A stretch of 64,000 nt of DNA. Origin: Macrostomum hystrix (taxonomy: Eukaryota; Animalia; Platyhelminthes). The number at the start of each line of letters is the position of its first letter. Position 1 is the stretch's first letter. The position numbers and the translations under genes were made by a program. The stretch is from the NCBI GenBank assembly GCA_950097015.1, contig CATNEN010000038.1, positions 10,974,001-11,038,000 of the forward strand, read 5' to 3'. The notes beneath the pieces were generated by a model. That model did no database searches, was not told where the DNA came from, and was given only the letters and a program-made list of their open reading frames with translations. Shown here one piece after another: positions 35,331-50,300 of this stretch.

Positions 35331-38300
35331 ATGATGCTGAAGATTCTGCTGCTAATTCTACTGCTTTCAATAGCTTTCGAGCCGCAGAAAGTTGGTAAGA
35401 ATTATTTCAAGAGCAGTTGAAGATGTCGGATTTTTTATTACAGATTTAAAAGACTCAGATCAGAGGGGCGATATGTAGTGAAAGATGTATCAGAATCCAA
35501 CAAAGCAAACTCATAAAACAGTAATTTTTTGCGGAGAGTGGCAGAGCGGTTATCGCGTTTGCCTCTCGCACCAATGTCCCTGAGCTCGATTCCGCGGCGA
35601 GGCCACATTCATTTGGGACGCAGCCGCGGAGAGAAGGCCTTGGAGTCTTGTTGTGCAATTTAAGCTCTTGAGGGCCAACCTCCAAGACACGCGTGAAGTG
35701 TACACTGCCTGACGATTAGAAAGTCAGGCCAGATGTACACACCTGTGCGAGCGTGTGCCTGCGTACAGTATCTGTATGCGTGAGTGCTTTGGAATCAGCG
35801 AAATGGGCAGAGCTGCCTCCCCGCTGGCAGCAGGTCTAGTGTCACCAAATGATGTACCATTTTCCAGCAACCCTCCTGCAATTATGATCATGGCTATTCG
35901 TATTATTTTTATTACTAACCATGATTTCACAGACTCCGCCTTCTCATGGTCAACGCCGTCTACCAACCCAGCATACATCTCCATCCCGGAGTCGCAGTCG
36001 GTGGGTACAGTTTCCTACACAATGACCGCCTTCGATGTACCAGCTGGCGACTCTGTTATCTGCAGTCTGGCCGGTAGCTCTGTAGACTGCACCGACCACT
36101 TCGATCTGGCCAGCGATGTCACCTCAACATCCGACTGCCGCCTGATTGTGAAGAAACTCATCGACTATGAGGCGGGCTTTCGAACCATCTCTTGTACACC
36201 TGTGTGAGAACCGATACCCATTTAACAGCTTGGTGAACTGAAGCAATTCAGAGTTTAACCTATTGCTAAATGACACAAATAGTTTTAATAGAGTCGGGAA
36301 TCGAACTCCTGACATTCAAGTTGTAAGTTAAATGTTTTCATTACTTCCCTGACTGTGCAGAGTGTCCACCAGCTCCGGAACCGTGACGCCAATCACCCTG
36401 GACCTTCGGGTCAGCATCACCAACATCTACGATGTGACGCCCAAGTTCACAGGTGGGCCGCCCTACTCGTGCAACGTCAATGAGGAGCAGCCGGCAGGGA
36501 CGACACTGTCTGGCTGCTCGCCCGGCTTCACTGACGTCGAGACCGGCTACGGTGACGTCATCAGCTGCGCTCTGCATGGTAAGAGGAGTACAAGGACGTG
36601 TAGAGTGGTAAATATTATTCAAGCCTTTAATTAATGCCACTCGATTTCAGGCACTCAGGCCGGGTTCTTTCGATGCGACAAGTCAACCTGTAAACTGTCA
36701 ACTGCCAGCAAGTTAGATCGAGAATTATTTGACCCGACTGGCCTGTTCACGACACCGGTTCTGAGCGACCTTCGGTTGGTGGTAAGTTAAAGGCATCTAA
36801 CATATGCCGTTAGGCCACCCTTCTTCGCATCAAAGCTTTTTATGCTTTGAAAATTGATCTGCAAGTGCATTTGGCTGTTAGAATACCAGAAGCCTTTTCT
36901 GCCCTCTTTACTATTATTGGGGATTTTCCCCTGAAAAATTTTCTGGCCTGGAGCCAACTATACCCGACCTAAGAAGCAAGTGCCATTGTGCTCTCCCAGA
37001 TCACAGACTCAGGCGGCAACGCTGCTACCGCGTCAGTAACCGTTTCGCTGAATGACATCAACGACTGGACGCCGAGCTGCATGCCGACACTGCGCTCGGT
37101 CAGTGTGGACGAGAGCTTCACCGGGACCTTGGTCTCAGGTCTGGCCTGTATTGACAAAGACTCCGGCATCAACGCTCTTCTAGTGTACTCTGTAGTCAGT
37201 GGGAACACTACCATTTTTAGAATAGACTCCTCTACTGGTGAGTATAAATTTTTGTATTTTTGTGTTCAGGGAGTGAACGAAGCAGCAGAATCTCGTACCA
37301 ATGTCCCTGAGATCCAATCTGCAAAGATACCATCTTAATTTTGGTTGCGGCCGCAGAGAACGGACTGGGGGATGTCTATCGTGCGGTTTACGCTTATGAG
37401 GGCCAACCCGCAAGGTACAGTGTTTGTGTACACTGCCTCACGACAAGAACTTACAAAGCAGATATTTTACACATTTGTGAGTATATGCGTAGCTGCGTTG
37501 TCTAAATGTACTCAGACGCATCTGTGTGGTTAGATAGCCCCTTGAAATATTGTGGGGTGTTGCATCGGAATAGGGAGCGTTGTCACACTTTCAACACTCT
37601 CTCCAGGCCAGTTGTCGAACAGCATCGCTTTAGACTATGATCTGCCTGCCGGTGTGTCACCGAATCAGCGACTTCTCATCCGAGTTCGAGACAGTGCCAG
37701 TCCATCGGCTGACCAGCTGAGCACCACCGTGACTGTGACAGTCACTGTGACGCCGCTAAACGACAATACGCCTAAGTGGGGAACCTTTGTACCTGTCTAC
37801 ACTGACGCGACGACAAGCATTGCTACTATTAATGAGACTGCCAATGTTGGAACGGCTGTGTTTCTGGCGCAGGCGACAGATGCTGACGTCGGATTGGACG
37901 GGGTGAGAATTGCTGAGGGTGGGAAAAAGGGACAAACCGTTCATGTCAGCATAAAGTAGGCATCTTGCATTCCAACATTCGCATCAAGGTGCTCTCCTAC
38001 TCGATGGCTTCGGCTACCGCTTCCGGTGGCGCCGACCTCGCGGCGGCATTCTCGCTGGACCCCGTCACTGGTCAGCTTGCTGTGACCGCAGTCGGCCTAG
38101 TCGACCGCGAGTCCGGCCACGCCTACGTCGATTTCGTCGTCGACTGTTCGGATGCTGGAAGACCGACTCCGTCATCTGCGCCCACCCGATCAGTCCGCGT
38201 GGCCGTGGCCGACTCCAACGAGTTCCCGCCGGCTTTCACACCTGCTAACGGCATCTTCTCAGCTGCAATAGACGAAAGTAGGTCTTGGAGGCAGCATTTT

Positions 38301-41300
38301 TTGTATTTTCCTCTCTGCTTCTTCAAGTAGAAATCTTGTGTATCAACATTTTTTTGTTTTTTAGCTTGTGGTTTCAAAAAACATCCTCATCGATTTATCA
38401 GGAACAACGACAGCTGCGGGTGTGTCAATTAAGGAGTTGATCGCCGTAGACAGAGATGTCAGCGCCACGCCGATTGCCTGCACCATCGCCAGCGGAAACT
38501 CCCTGAATCTCTTCCGCATCAGCTCCTCCAATAAGAAGCTCCTAGAGACGAACTCTGCCATCGAGCCTGACAAGCCGATCTCGAATCCCATCGCTTACCT
38601 GATTGAGCTAGCCTGCTCCGACCAGAACGGTTCGGGCCTAGTTTCCACAGCAACCGTCTCCGTGTCAATAGTAACGAACAACGACTACGCTCCGACTGTT
38701 TCATCGCCCAGTGGATCTATCCTGACCCTGCCAGAAAACCAGGCGCTGGGTCAGGTCGCTGTGCTGACACCCAGTGACCTCGACTGCTGCACGGACGGTC
38801 AGTTCGACTGTTCAGTTAGCCCGTCCGACACTTTCACGTAAGTCGATTGGTTTTCTTTTTTACAAGCCGCATTCAATGCATCTATCAATAGTAAATAATA
38901 AAACTAATAATAAATCGGGTCAGTTGTGCCGTGACAGCACAGCCTCAGGTATTGCGTGGCGCATCTGAAGGCTGCGTACGGTTGTTTTGTCCATGGACTA
39001 GGGGGACATCACACCCACCCTAATGTTGGTACCCATTTAAAAGCTGGCTGAACAGAAGCAATGCAAAGTTAAGTGTCTTGCTAAAGAACACAAATTGTTC
39101 CATTGGCGTCTGGAATCAAACCCCTGACCTTTGAGTAGTGAGTCCGACGCTCTAACCACAAAGGCTACAATTCCCTTAATCAATAACTGGTAGATAATGA
39201 CTCATGAATCTTACTGGTAAGAACCAACGATCTTCTGCGTGCACAAAATTGTAGCGTTGATGGTGGCTGTGATCGCCTACTTCTCGTCAAGTTCCTGGAC
39301 AGAGAAACCCGAAGCAGCTACAGCCTGAACGTGACCATTGTTGACCGCGGTAGTCCGTCCAAGTCCGGCGTGTTCAGCCTGGCGGTGATCGTAACTGATA
39401 TCAACGACAACCCGCCAATCTGCACACCTAGGGCCTACAGCGCATCCATCTACGAGAATGTCACCGGAGTCAGCGTTCCCGTTACCATAGCAACGCTTTC
39501 CTGCTCGGATGCAGATACGTTCGGCATGTACTATGTCATGAGCAGTACAGGCAAGGAAATTATAAGTTATAATGGCTACATATTTAATCCCTAACGGTAG
39601 AAAAACCAGGCTTTTCCCCAGGGAAGGACCGCGGTGCTGTTTCAAATACCCTCTGCAAACTTCATGATAGCTCCCGAACCAACTGATTTTTGTGAAAGTA
39701 TTTTCGTGAGCGTCTGACGTCAAACTTTCAAAGACGTCAAACGTCAGCATTGTTGATATATTCAGCGATTCTTGGTGACAAGGTCACAAGGACATTGCAC
39801 TGTATAAAACTCTAAGACTCTAAAATTCTATACTGGTTTAGAAATAAAAAATGAAGAGATTACAGAAAAAAAACAATGTGGGTATTCGTATAAGTGGAAT
39901 GAAATAAATCGTACATAAAAAATATTATTCAATCTTGTGCATTTGATGATAGTTGATGAGACGCACAGTGATGTTACTATATGACGTCATCAAATAGATT
40001 CTAAACAGGTTTCAACAAACAAAGAACTTATTTTAACTTATCAGCGGTGCCATTCGTGGTCGACGCAACCAGTGGAACTGTCAAGCTCACCGGCTCCGTT
40101 GACTACGACTCAGCCGTTCAGTCTTATTCGCTAAAGATTAACGCTGTGGACAAGAACGATTCCAGCAAGTTCGACTCGGTCACAGTTAGTGTGATTCTAC
40201 TACCGGTGAACGAGTTCACGCCAGCATTTCCGGCGACTAGAACCGTCAGCGTCATCGAGACAATCAGCAGCGGGCAGCTGGTGACGTCATTTGTCGCCAC
40301 TGACAATGACTACTCGCCGCACGATATTAAGTACTATAGGTTAGACTTTCACTTTCTATTCTGTTACGAACCATTGGTCGATATTGTCAATCTGCTTCAT
40401 TGCTGAATTCAGCACTATAACATACGAAGCATCTTTAACTTGCAAGATAGCTGTGTATCTTGGCACAGCATTTAGTGACAGTAGACCCGCAGACAGCATG
40501 AGGCAATTCTGCCCATTTCGGCTGACTCCTGATTGCACACTCACACAGGCGCGTGCATATGCCCTGACTTTGGGTGAGTGGCAGAGCGGTCTAACGCGTC
40601 CATGAGTTCGATTCCGCGGCGTGGCCAAATAAAAGCCTCGGAGAGAAGGCTTGGGGCTTGTCGTGCAATTTACGCCCTTAAGGGCCAACCTCCGAGGCAC
40701 AGTGACAGTGTACACTGCCTGTCGATGAGACATATGTACACACCTGTGTGAGCCTATGCCTGCGTCTGGTATCTGCGTGCGTGTGTGCTTAGGAGGAGTC
40801 AGCGAAATGGCAGAATCGCATCCTCGCTGGCTGCATGTCCAGTGTCACCAAATGATGTGCCATCGCCCGCAGCCCTCCTGCAATTATTATTATTATGCCC
40901 TCACTTTCTCATTGTCAGTGTAAACTCTCAGTGATTTGGGGGGTTGGCCCTCATTGGCGTAAATTGTACAGCAAGCCCCACTCAATCAAACGAAGTATTT
41001 CTTTCCGCACATCATAGAATTACCTCTGGCGATGGAAGCGGCTATTTCAGCATCGCCAACAATGGGGATATTTTCGTGGCCCCTGGAAAGACACTCGACT
41101 ACGAAACCGTGCCATCGGCGTTGAATCCGTGGACTCTGCGCATTGAAGCAACAGACGGTGGCACGCCAGCCCTGACTGGCACGGGGACGCTCACAGTCAG
41201 CCTGGTTGATGCCAACGACAATGTGCCAGTGTGCACGAAGAGTGTCTTCGAGACTGCCATTGATGAGAATGCGGGTGAGCAATAATATTTTCATTCTGAA

Positions 41301-44300
41301 ATGCAGTCAAAACATTATTTGCACCCTTTCTTTGTGTTCGATAAACTACGGCTCTAAATGACGTCATTAAATGACGTCATCAGGATGTGACAACCTAAAA
41401 ATAGAAACGCTTCAGTAACCTTCTTTGCAACTGCAGTTCGATAATGACATCGTTTCTGTTTTAAATCACTAGCTTCCGCCAGCTCTGTTACTGTGGTAAC
41501 CGCGAGTGACGCCGATTCGGCTCTGAACAATTATAACAAAGTGGCTTACACTAAACTTACCGGCGACCCGTCTGATTTCTTTGCTGTCGCCAGCGCTACT
41601 GGAGCCGTGACTCGAACTAGCAATGCTCTGTCATACGACACGACCAAGTCTGTGGTCTTTTTCGTGAGTCTGTGGTCCTTGTTTAATATTTTTACTCATA
41701 AAAGCAAACATTTACGCTATACACCAATTTTATTATTTGTGTGTATGCTCATAATCTTCCTCGATTAGAATGTGATTTTATTTCCCGTATGTTTAAGCCA
41801 CACTACGAGTATTCATATGAACATCATGGGGCTGTGAAAATATTTTACATAAAAGGACATGGTAAATCAATTTTAAGAACCCTTCTACACAGGTAAGCGC
41901 AATAGACGGCAACGGGGCTGGGCCGAACACGGCCACCTGCACGGTGGCTGTGGTCATTCGTGACGTCAATCTTTTCACGCCCACCTGCACTTCGAACACG
42001 CGAACTCTGTCCGGCATTCGCGAGGATGTCGCCCTTGGCACGGAGCTCTTCGCCATCGAAACGGCGACGCCGACTTTCTGCACAGACGGTGACAAATCTC
42101 AGAGCCTTCGCTATGCCATGAGCTCCACCGCCGGTTCGACTAAATTCGCCATCCATCCAACCACCGGCGGCATCTACGTCACCGAGAAGCTCGACTACGA
42201 GACGGTTACGCTGCATCAGTTCGAGGTTGTAATATCCGACAATGCCACCGCGCCAAAGTCTACAACAGTCACGTTTACAGTGTCGCTGGTTGATGTTAAT
42301 GAATTCTCACCGAACTGCAGCTATCCGGCCAGTTTGGGATTCAACGAGTCCACACCTATCAGCGGCAGTTTGTTCACCCTGGCCTGCACGGATGGCGACA
42401 AGTCAAGCACTGCGTTCACCTACAGGCTGACTACAGGTAATGCTAGATTGGGTTTAATTTGTACAGGGCATGGCTTCTAAGCTTGAGTTCGAACATTCGC
42501 AACCCAAAACATTCAATACCAATATGACCAGCCGGTGTTCCGTTAGTCATCAGCTCGTCGGGCGCCGTGTCCCAGACAGCCGTACTTGATTATGAATCCG
42601 GCGTCACTGTCTATTCGCTGAAGCTCGAGGTGGCAGATACGGCGCCAACCGTGCCCAGCTTGATGACATCAACGTACACAACTACGGTGTCCGTCTATCC
42701 AGTAAACGAATTCCCACCTGTGATAACATCCCCGTCTGTGCTGTACGCAAGTGTGTCTGAGGCTGCCTCAGTTGGCACAAGCCTATCGTTGACGACATCG
42801 GCAAGTGGAGGCTCGGCCAGCGCTGTCGCCGCCACCGACGCTGACAGAGGCTCTGATCACGGCAGCATCACCTACCGGATTTCGGCTGGGAATGATCGCG
42901 GCTGGTTTGCCATCGACAGCCGAACTGGTGAGTAGCCCTTGACTGCTCACATTGGACGGAAGTGAACAAGGCCACAGCCATAATTAATGTCAAACCAACC
43001 TTGACATTTTGGCACCAAAATAACTTTAAACGGTCCCCATGGCAACGCTCTTGTCAGGTGTTCTCTCTGTCGCCTCGACGTTGGATCGCGAGACGCAGGC
43101 CAGCTTGACACTGACGGTGCAGGCCGTGGACGGTCCAGGGCTCGTGTCCACTGGCTCGACCCAGGTTGCGGTCACCCTGACAGACGTCAATGACAATGCG
43201 CCCGAGTTTCCCACCACTCATTTTACTTTCGACATCTACGAAGGTGCTGCCAGTCCGAGCACGCTGATAACCTTCGCTGTTCCTTCTGTTGTGCGGGACG
43301 CGGATGCTGGTGTGAATGCCTACATTAATGTGTCACTGGCTAGTGGAGTGAAACCTTGTGAGTTGCCTGCAGATTTCCGTACTTTTCCGTACCCCATACT
43401 TTTCGTCTTCGCCGATTCACCCGACCCTTGCGGTAATCCCCAAAAATAAGGAGGCAACAGCTCTTGCAGTTCTGTCATATACAAGGGGCGTCAGCGACAG
43501 CTGAACCCTTCAGTTCATTTTGTGGATGACGCGAATGATGCAACTGATGTAGCACGGCTTGGCCTCCGTTAGATAGTGAATTGTCCGGGAACGTCTGCTT
43601 AGGCAGGTCGGGAATGATTCGCTGTGAGCAGGAGGTTCAAAGGGATGCCGGGCAGACAACGGGACCACACTAGCCCTGCCAGCAAGTAAATAAACTAAAA
43701 TACGCATGGGGTGGGTACAAGCTCTAGACAAGAAAGGCGGGGAGGAGTTAAGGCCAACGGCACTCCCCAGCCAATCGGCACACACAGACGGAAAAGAGGG
43801 GGTAGGGGGTGGGTGGGGCGTGCCTCTCAGGCCCAGGGCTCAAAGTACAAAAACAAGCTAAAGTACAAAAACAAGCAAAAGTACAAAAACAAGCTAAAGT
43901 ACAAAAACTAGCTAAAGTGCAAAAACTAGCTAAAGTACAAAAACAAGCTAAAGTACAAAAACAAGCTAAAGTACAAAAACAAGCTAAAGTACAAAAACAA
44001 GCTAAAGTACAAAAACAAGCTAAAGTACAAAAACAAGCTAAAGTACAAAAACAAGCTAAAGCACAAAAACAAGCTAAAGTGCAAAAACTAGCATAAGTAC
44101 AAAACTAAGCTAAAGTACAAAAACAAGCTAAAGTACAAAAACTAGCTAAAGTACAAAAACTAGCTAAAGTACAAAAACTAGCTAAAGTACAAAAACTAGC
44201 TAAAGTACAAAAACAAGCTAAAGTAAAAAAACAAGCTAAAGTACAAAAAACAAAAAAACAAAAACTATGCACTCGTAGAAGACAGCACTGGTGGGCCCAA

Positions 44301-47300
44301 GGCCAAACACCATTCTCATTCTTCAAAGATCGCAATCTCATCAAAGCGGCCAATCGTCTATTTACTCGCCAATTCCAGTCCCACTAAACGAGTTCATTCT
44401 CAGCGGCTACACCCTGCAGACCAACCGAGTATTCAGCCGTGCCACGGACCCCGCCCAGTACGTCCTGGTGGTGAAGGCGCAGGACTACGGCCTGCCCAGC
44501 CTGTCCGGCTCCGCCACCGTCACCGTCAACATCCTGGAGGCAAACCTAGCCGCGCCGAAATTCCCAGTGTCAAGCTTGACCATCGCGGTGCCGGAAAACA
44601 CAGCCATCGGCTCGCTGCTCTACTTTGCCAACGCCACCGACACTGACGTTGGCCGCAGCGGGAAAGTGGCCTACTATCTGGCCTCTGTTAGCCCGCCAGT
44701 AGCTGTCACACCGCCCTACTTTCAGTTGGACAATGCGACAGGTGCTGTGTATTTCATCTTACTTATGTCGTTAATTACTCGTAGGTATATTTAACTAGGC
44801 AACTTCCAGCCAGGTGGTTAGAGTTTCAGAATTTTGACCAAGAGGTTGGAAGTTCAAATCTCAGATCTCATTGAACAAGGTATTTAATTCCTAATTACTT
44901 CAGTTCACCCAGCTGTAAAATGGGTACCAGCATCGACTGGGGTAGAAATTCGGGTTGGAGTCTACAGACTGAACAGCTAAACCTCTAAAAGCGACCGGCT
45001 GTGCCACTTGTACAGTAGGCGCAGAAACTGGTTGCGTTTGGGGGTGGGTGCCTCCGCGCGCTGATTGGCTGGCGGGTCTGAGCCTTCTACCCCTCCCCCA
45101 AAAGCAACCAGATTTGCGCCTACTGTGGTTACCACTCCTAACAACACGTTTAGCACCTTAGGAAATTGGGTTCAAATCCGCGACGAGGCCACTTTCATTG
45201 CGAGAGACGGCTTTTTGGGGGCTGGTTCTGAAACGTGTACATGTATGACGTTTGGGTGCTCGCGTCAAAACAAGGGAGTGTGTAGAATTGCCGATTGTAG
45301 ATTCAATCAGCGGCAGATCTCTCTATAAGATCTGCATGCTAACATTTTACCGCATGTATGTGTCGCCAATGTCACAGGTTCCCCATCACTGCATGCTTTT
45401 CCAGGCATGCTATTTCTACAGAGCGCCCTGGACTATGACTCGCTCGCCACGCGCGGTCCCTACAGCCTCACCATTCTGGCCTACGATTTTGGCAACGCGT
45501 CCCGCAGCGCCAGCCTCAGCCTGACGGTCAGCGTCACGGATTTCAACGACAATGATCCGCAGTTTGCTGCTAGTAACTCGTTTAGCAAGTCCCTGCTTGA
45601 GAATGTCGGTGCCGGTTACGTCGTCACTACGGTGACGTACACGGATGCGGACTCGGGCATCAACACCGAGGTCCGCTGCTCCATAGTCAGCCAGACGGCG
45701 CCAGCCGTGTTCACCATCAACGACACCACCTGTGTACTGTACACCACCGCAAACCCGGACAGGGAGACCAGGTGAGCGCTGCTTCAGTTGAGGGGTCCAG
45801 TTTATTATTGGTGATCGGTGAAACGATGGCATCCCAGACTGTTGCTAACATTTTTACCTGTGGAAACCCTGGCATTAAAGCCGTTTGCGTCCTTAAGCAA
45901 AACACTTCACTCTTTGTTGCTTTAGTTTGCCTCACAAAGCATGCAAAGCCTGTGCGAACGTGTGCCTGCGTACAGTATCTGTGTGCGTGTGTGCTCAGGA
46001 GTCAGCAAAATGGGCAGAATTGCCTCCTTGCTGGCTGCTGGTCTAGTGCCGCCACCAAATGATGTGCCATTGCTCGCAGCCCCCCTGCAATTATTTTTTA
46101 TCAGCCTCTTGTACTCGTATATCAAATGTATAAAATTGAACAAACACATCATATTGTGCAGCAAGTCCTGAGTTGCAATCAACCTAACGAAAACGAAGAA
46201 TATCTTTCAGCTGGATTGCTTCTATCGTACAATGTCCGCAGGGAGATGTATGACGTTGTTGTCCGCTTGACCGATCGGGGCACCCCGGCGCGCTACAAGG
46301 AAGCCGCATTCATTGTCACCCTGCTAGATGAAAATGACAATGTGCCCCAGTTCCCAGCTATCAGAATTACAGCCAGCGTGCTGGAAGAAGCTTCGGCCCC
46401 GGTTGCCGTGACAACCATCGCCGCGACGGACGCTGACGCCGGGGCAAACGCGAAGTTGGTCTATTCGTTGCGCACAGCGGATGGCACATCGGATGCCGCC
46501 AAGTTTGCCGTTGACAGCTCTGGCCGGATCACAACCACGGCTCCGCTAGATAGAGAGGCCGCCAGGTAACTTTTTGTGACTAAAATAATGATTTCTTCTG
46601 AATTTGAGCCAATTCAATTAGAAACACTTAACCGCAAATTATTATATAGAGGCGACTTCTACACACTTCTACTGCTGGCGGCAGATCAGGGCTCGCCAGC
46701 ACTGACTGGCACCTGCTTGCTAAATATCACCGTGATTGACATCAACGACAATGCTCCGGTGGTGAGTGTCTTGCGCGAAAGTTACTGAGAACTATTGAGC
46801 ATCCACTCCGAAACTAGAAGAACCACTCCGAAACTAGAACGCCCACTCTGAAACTAGAACACCCAATCCGAAACTAGAACACCCACTCCGAAACTAGAAC
46901 ACCCAATCCGAAACTAGAACACCCACTCCGAAACTAGAACGCCCACTCTGAAACTAGAACACCCACTCCGAAACTAGAACGCCCACTCTGAAACTAGAAC
47001 ACCCACTCCGAAACTAGAACACCCACTCCGAAACTAGAACACCCACTCCGAAACTAGAACACCCACTCCGAAACTAGAACACCCACTCCGAAACTAGAAC
47101 ACCCACTCCGAAACTAGAACACCCACTCCGAAACTAGAACACCCACTCCGAAACTAGAACACCCAACCCCTCAACTGGAAACGTTCCGCAGTGGGTCTCG
47201 GCGCCTTACTCTGCCACAGTTAGCGAGGCCGCTCGCCTGGGCACGCTGGTGAAGCAAGTCCAAGCGGTGGACAGGGATTCCGTGTTTGGTCAGGTGACCT

Positions 47301-50300
47301 ATCGAATCATCGCTGGCGACACCCTGTCGCTGTTTCGCATCAGCAACACCACGGGAGTCGTTGAGACGGCGCAGAACTCCGGGTTGAACAGAGAGGCCGT
47401 CCCAGTTTGGACGCTGACGCTGGAAGCTGCTGACAATGGACTGCCGGCAAAGTCTGTCACCACCACCCTGACTGTCACGGTGGCCGATGTGAATGAGTTC
47501 CCGCCTTCGTGGGTCAACACGTCCTACAATGTGGCTGTGAGTACAGCTGTTGAGCATGAGACTTCAATGCATTTTTAACAATTTAACGCACAAATTAGCT
47601 TATACAAAATTATTGGGGCTTGTAGCCTATTGGTTACAGCTTTGGACTTGAATGTCGCGGGTTCGATTCTTGACTCCAATGGAACAAATTGTGTCCTTGT
47701 TGCAATATACTTAACTCTGCATTGCATCTGTTTATAGCTTTATAGATTAGGGTGAGTGGCAGAGCGGTCTAACGCGCTTGCCTCTCGAACCAAGGTCCCT
47801 GAGCTCGATTCCGCGGCGAGGCCACATTCATTTGGGTGGCAGCCGCGGTGAGAAGGCTTGGGGGCTTGTCGTGCAATTTACGCCATTGAGGGCCAACCTC
47901 CAAAGCACTATGAAGTGTACACTGCCTGACGATGAGACAGTCAGGGCAGATGTACACACCTGTGTGAGCGTATGCCTGCGTACAGTAACTGTGTGTGTGC
48001 ACAGGATCAGTGCAATGGGCAGAAAAAATATGCTTTTATTGGTGCTTTTATAGCTTTATACCGTCATTTTGTTTATTCTACCAAGGTCTACGAGAATGTA
48101 CCTGTGGGTACCCTGGTCGGCGAACCGTTGGTTGCTACGGACGCGGATGCCGGGCCGCTAAACAACAAGGTTAACTACGACGTTGACGCAGTGCTTGTTG
48201 GCGAACTGTACTTTGGCATTGGCAACAGCACCGCCCAGCTGTTTGTTTCGACCGCCAAACTGGATAGAGAACTGCGCGATGTCTACTACTACCGGTGAGT
48301 AGTGTAACAGTGCATTCCTGACCACGCTAGCTCAGAATAGAAAATGATACAAACTCAAAATTACTAAAAAGTTCCTGAAATCCAAACACTCTGTTAAATA
48401 TAATATCCACAATAACAACAGCCTTCGAAATATAATTCAACAAACCCCACACCCATAGAATCCAATTCCTCAAACCCCACACCCATAGAATCCAATTCCT
48501 CAAACCCCACACCCATGGAATCCAATTCCACAAACCCCACACCCATAGAATCCAATTCCACAAACCCCACACCCATGGAATCCAATTCCACAAACCCCAC
48601 ACCCATAGAATCCAATTCCACAAACCCCACACCCATAGAATTCTATTCCTCAAACCCCACACCCATAGAATTCGATTCCTCAAACCCCACACCCATAGAA
48701 TCCAATTCCACAAACCCCACACCCATAGAATCAATTCCTCAAACCCCACACCCATAGAATCCAATTCCTCAAACCCCACACCCATAGAATCCAATTCCTC
48801 AAACCCCACACCCATAGAATTCGATTCCTCAAACCCCACACCCATAGAATCCAATTCCTCAAACCCCACACCCATAGAATTCGATTCCTCAAACCCCACA
48901 CCCATGGAATCCAATTCCTCAAACCCCACACCCTTAGAATCCAATTCCACAAACCCCACACCCATAGAATCCAATTCCTCAAACCCCACACCCTTAAAAT
49001 TCAATTCCACCAACCCCACACCCTTAAAATCCAATTCCACAAACCCCACACCCTTAAAATCCAATTCCACAAACCCCACACCCTTAAAATCCAATTCCAC
49101 AAACCCCACACCCATAGAATCCAATTCCTCAAACCCCACACCCATAGAATCCAATTCCACAATCCCCACACCCATAGAATCCAATTCCACAATCCCCACA
49201 CCCATAGAATCCAATTCCTCAAACCCCACACCCATAGAATCCAATTCCACAAACCCCACACCCATAGAATCCAATTCCTCAAACCCCACACCCTTAGAAT
49301 CCAATTCCACAAACCCCTCACCTTTAGAATCCAATTTCACAAGCCCCACAAACATTTAGGATTGAAATTCCCCAAACTCTCCCACAGCATTCGCGCCTGG
49401 GACAGCGCCGAGGTGTCAAAGACGTCAACGCCCTGCCTGACAGTCACCATCAACATCCTGGATGTGAACGACAATGATCCGCTATTTAACCAGACCTACT
49501 ACAATGCCAGCCTGTTTGAGAATGCCACCATTGGGACCAACATTCTGACAGTCTGGGGCAGCGACCGAGACATCGGGGAGAACGGCAAAATTCGGTACTA
49601 CATTGACACAGCCAGCGTGGAAGGAGCAAATGCTTCAGCTGTGTTCAACTTGGACCCAGTCAGTGGCTTGCTCACTGTGAGAGCACGATTGGACAGGGAG
49701 ACCAAGGCAGCGTACGGGTTCGTACCTACGAGGCTTTTTCTGGCCTGAGTATTTCTGTGTCTGGATAGATGTCATCTGATGTGTGAAAATTCACGTGAAA
49801 AACTTTTTCTTGGCACGAGGGATAATAACAGAATTAAAAAATTTACTACTTGCCAGATTGACAGCGGAAATTTGAGACACGGGGAGATAAGACACGGGAG
49901 AGATGAGACAGAGGAGAGATGAGACACGGGAGAGATGAGACACGGGAGAGATGAGACACGGGAGAGATGAGACACGGGAGAGATGAGACACGGGAGAGAT
50001 GAGACACGGGAGAGATGAGACACGGGAGAGATGAGACACGGGAGAGATGAGACACGGGAGAGATGAGACACGGGAGAGATGAGACAGGAGAGATGAGACA
50101 CGGGAGAGATGAGACACGGGAGAGATGAGACACGGGAGAGATGAGACACGGGAGAGATGAGACAGGGGAGAGATGAGACAGGAGAGATGAGACAGGGGAG
50201 AGATGAGACAGGAGAGATGAGACACGGGAGAGATGAGACACGGGAGAGATGAGACACGGGAGAGATGAGACACGGGAGAGATGAGACAGGAGAGATGAGA

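Noticed and set aside
35535-35600. tRNA genes at SINE heads
   Set aside because: A/B boxes run into shared SINE bodies; no complete cloverleaf
36192-36208. Cadherin donor TGTACACCTGTGTGAG resembling SINE A internal sequence
   Set aside because: Match too short, and the exon side reads as normal cadherin sequence; likely coincidence
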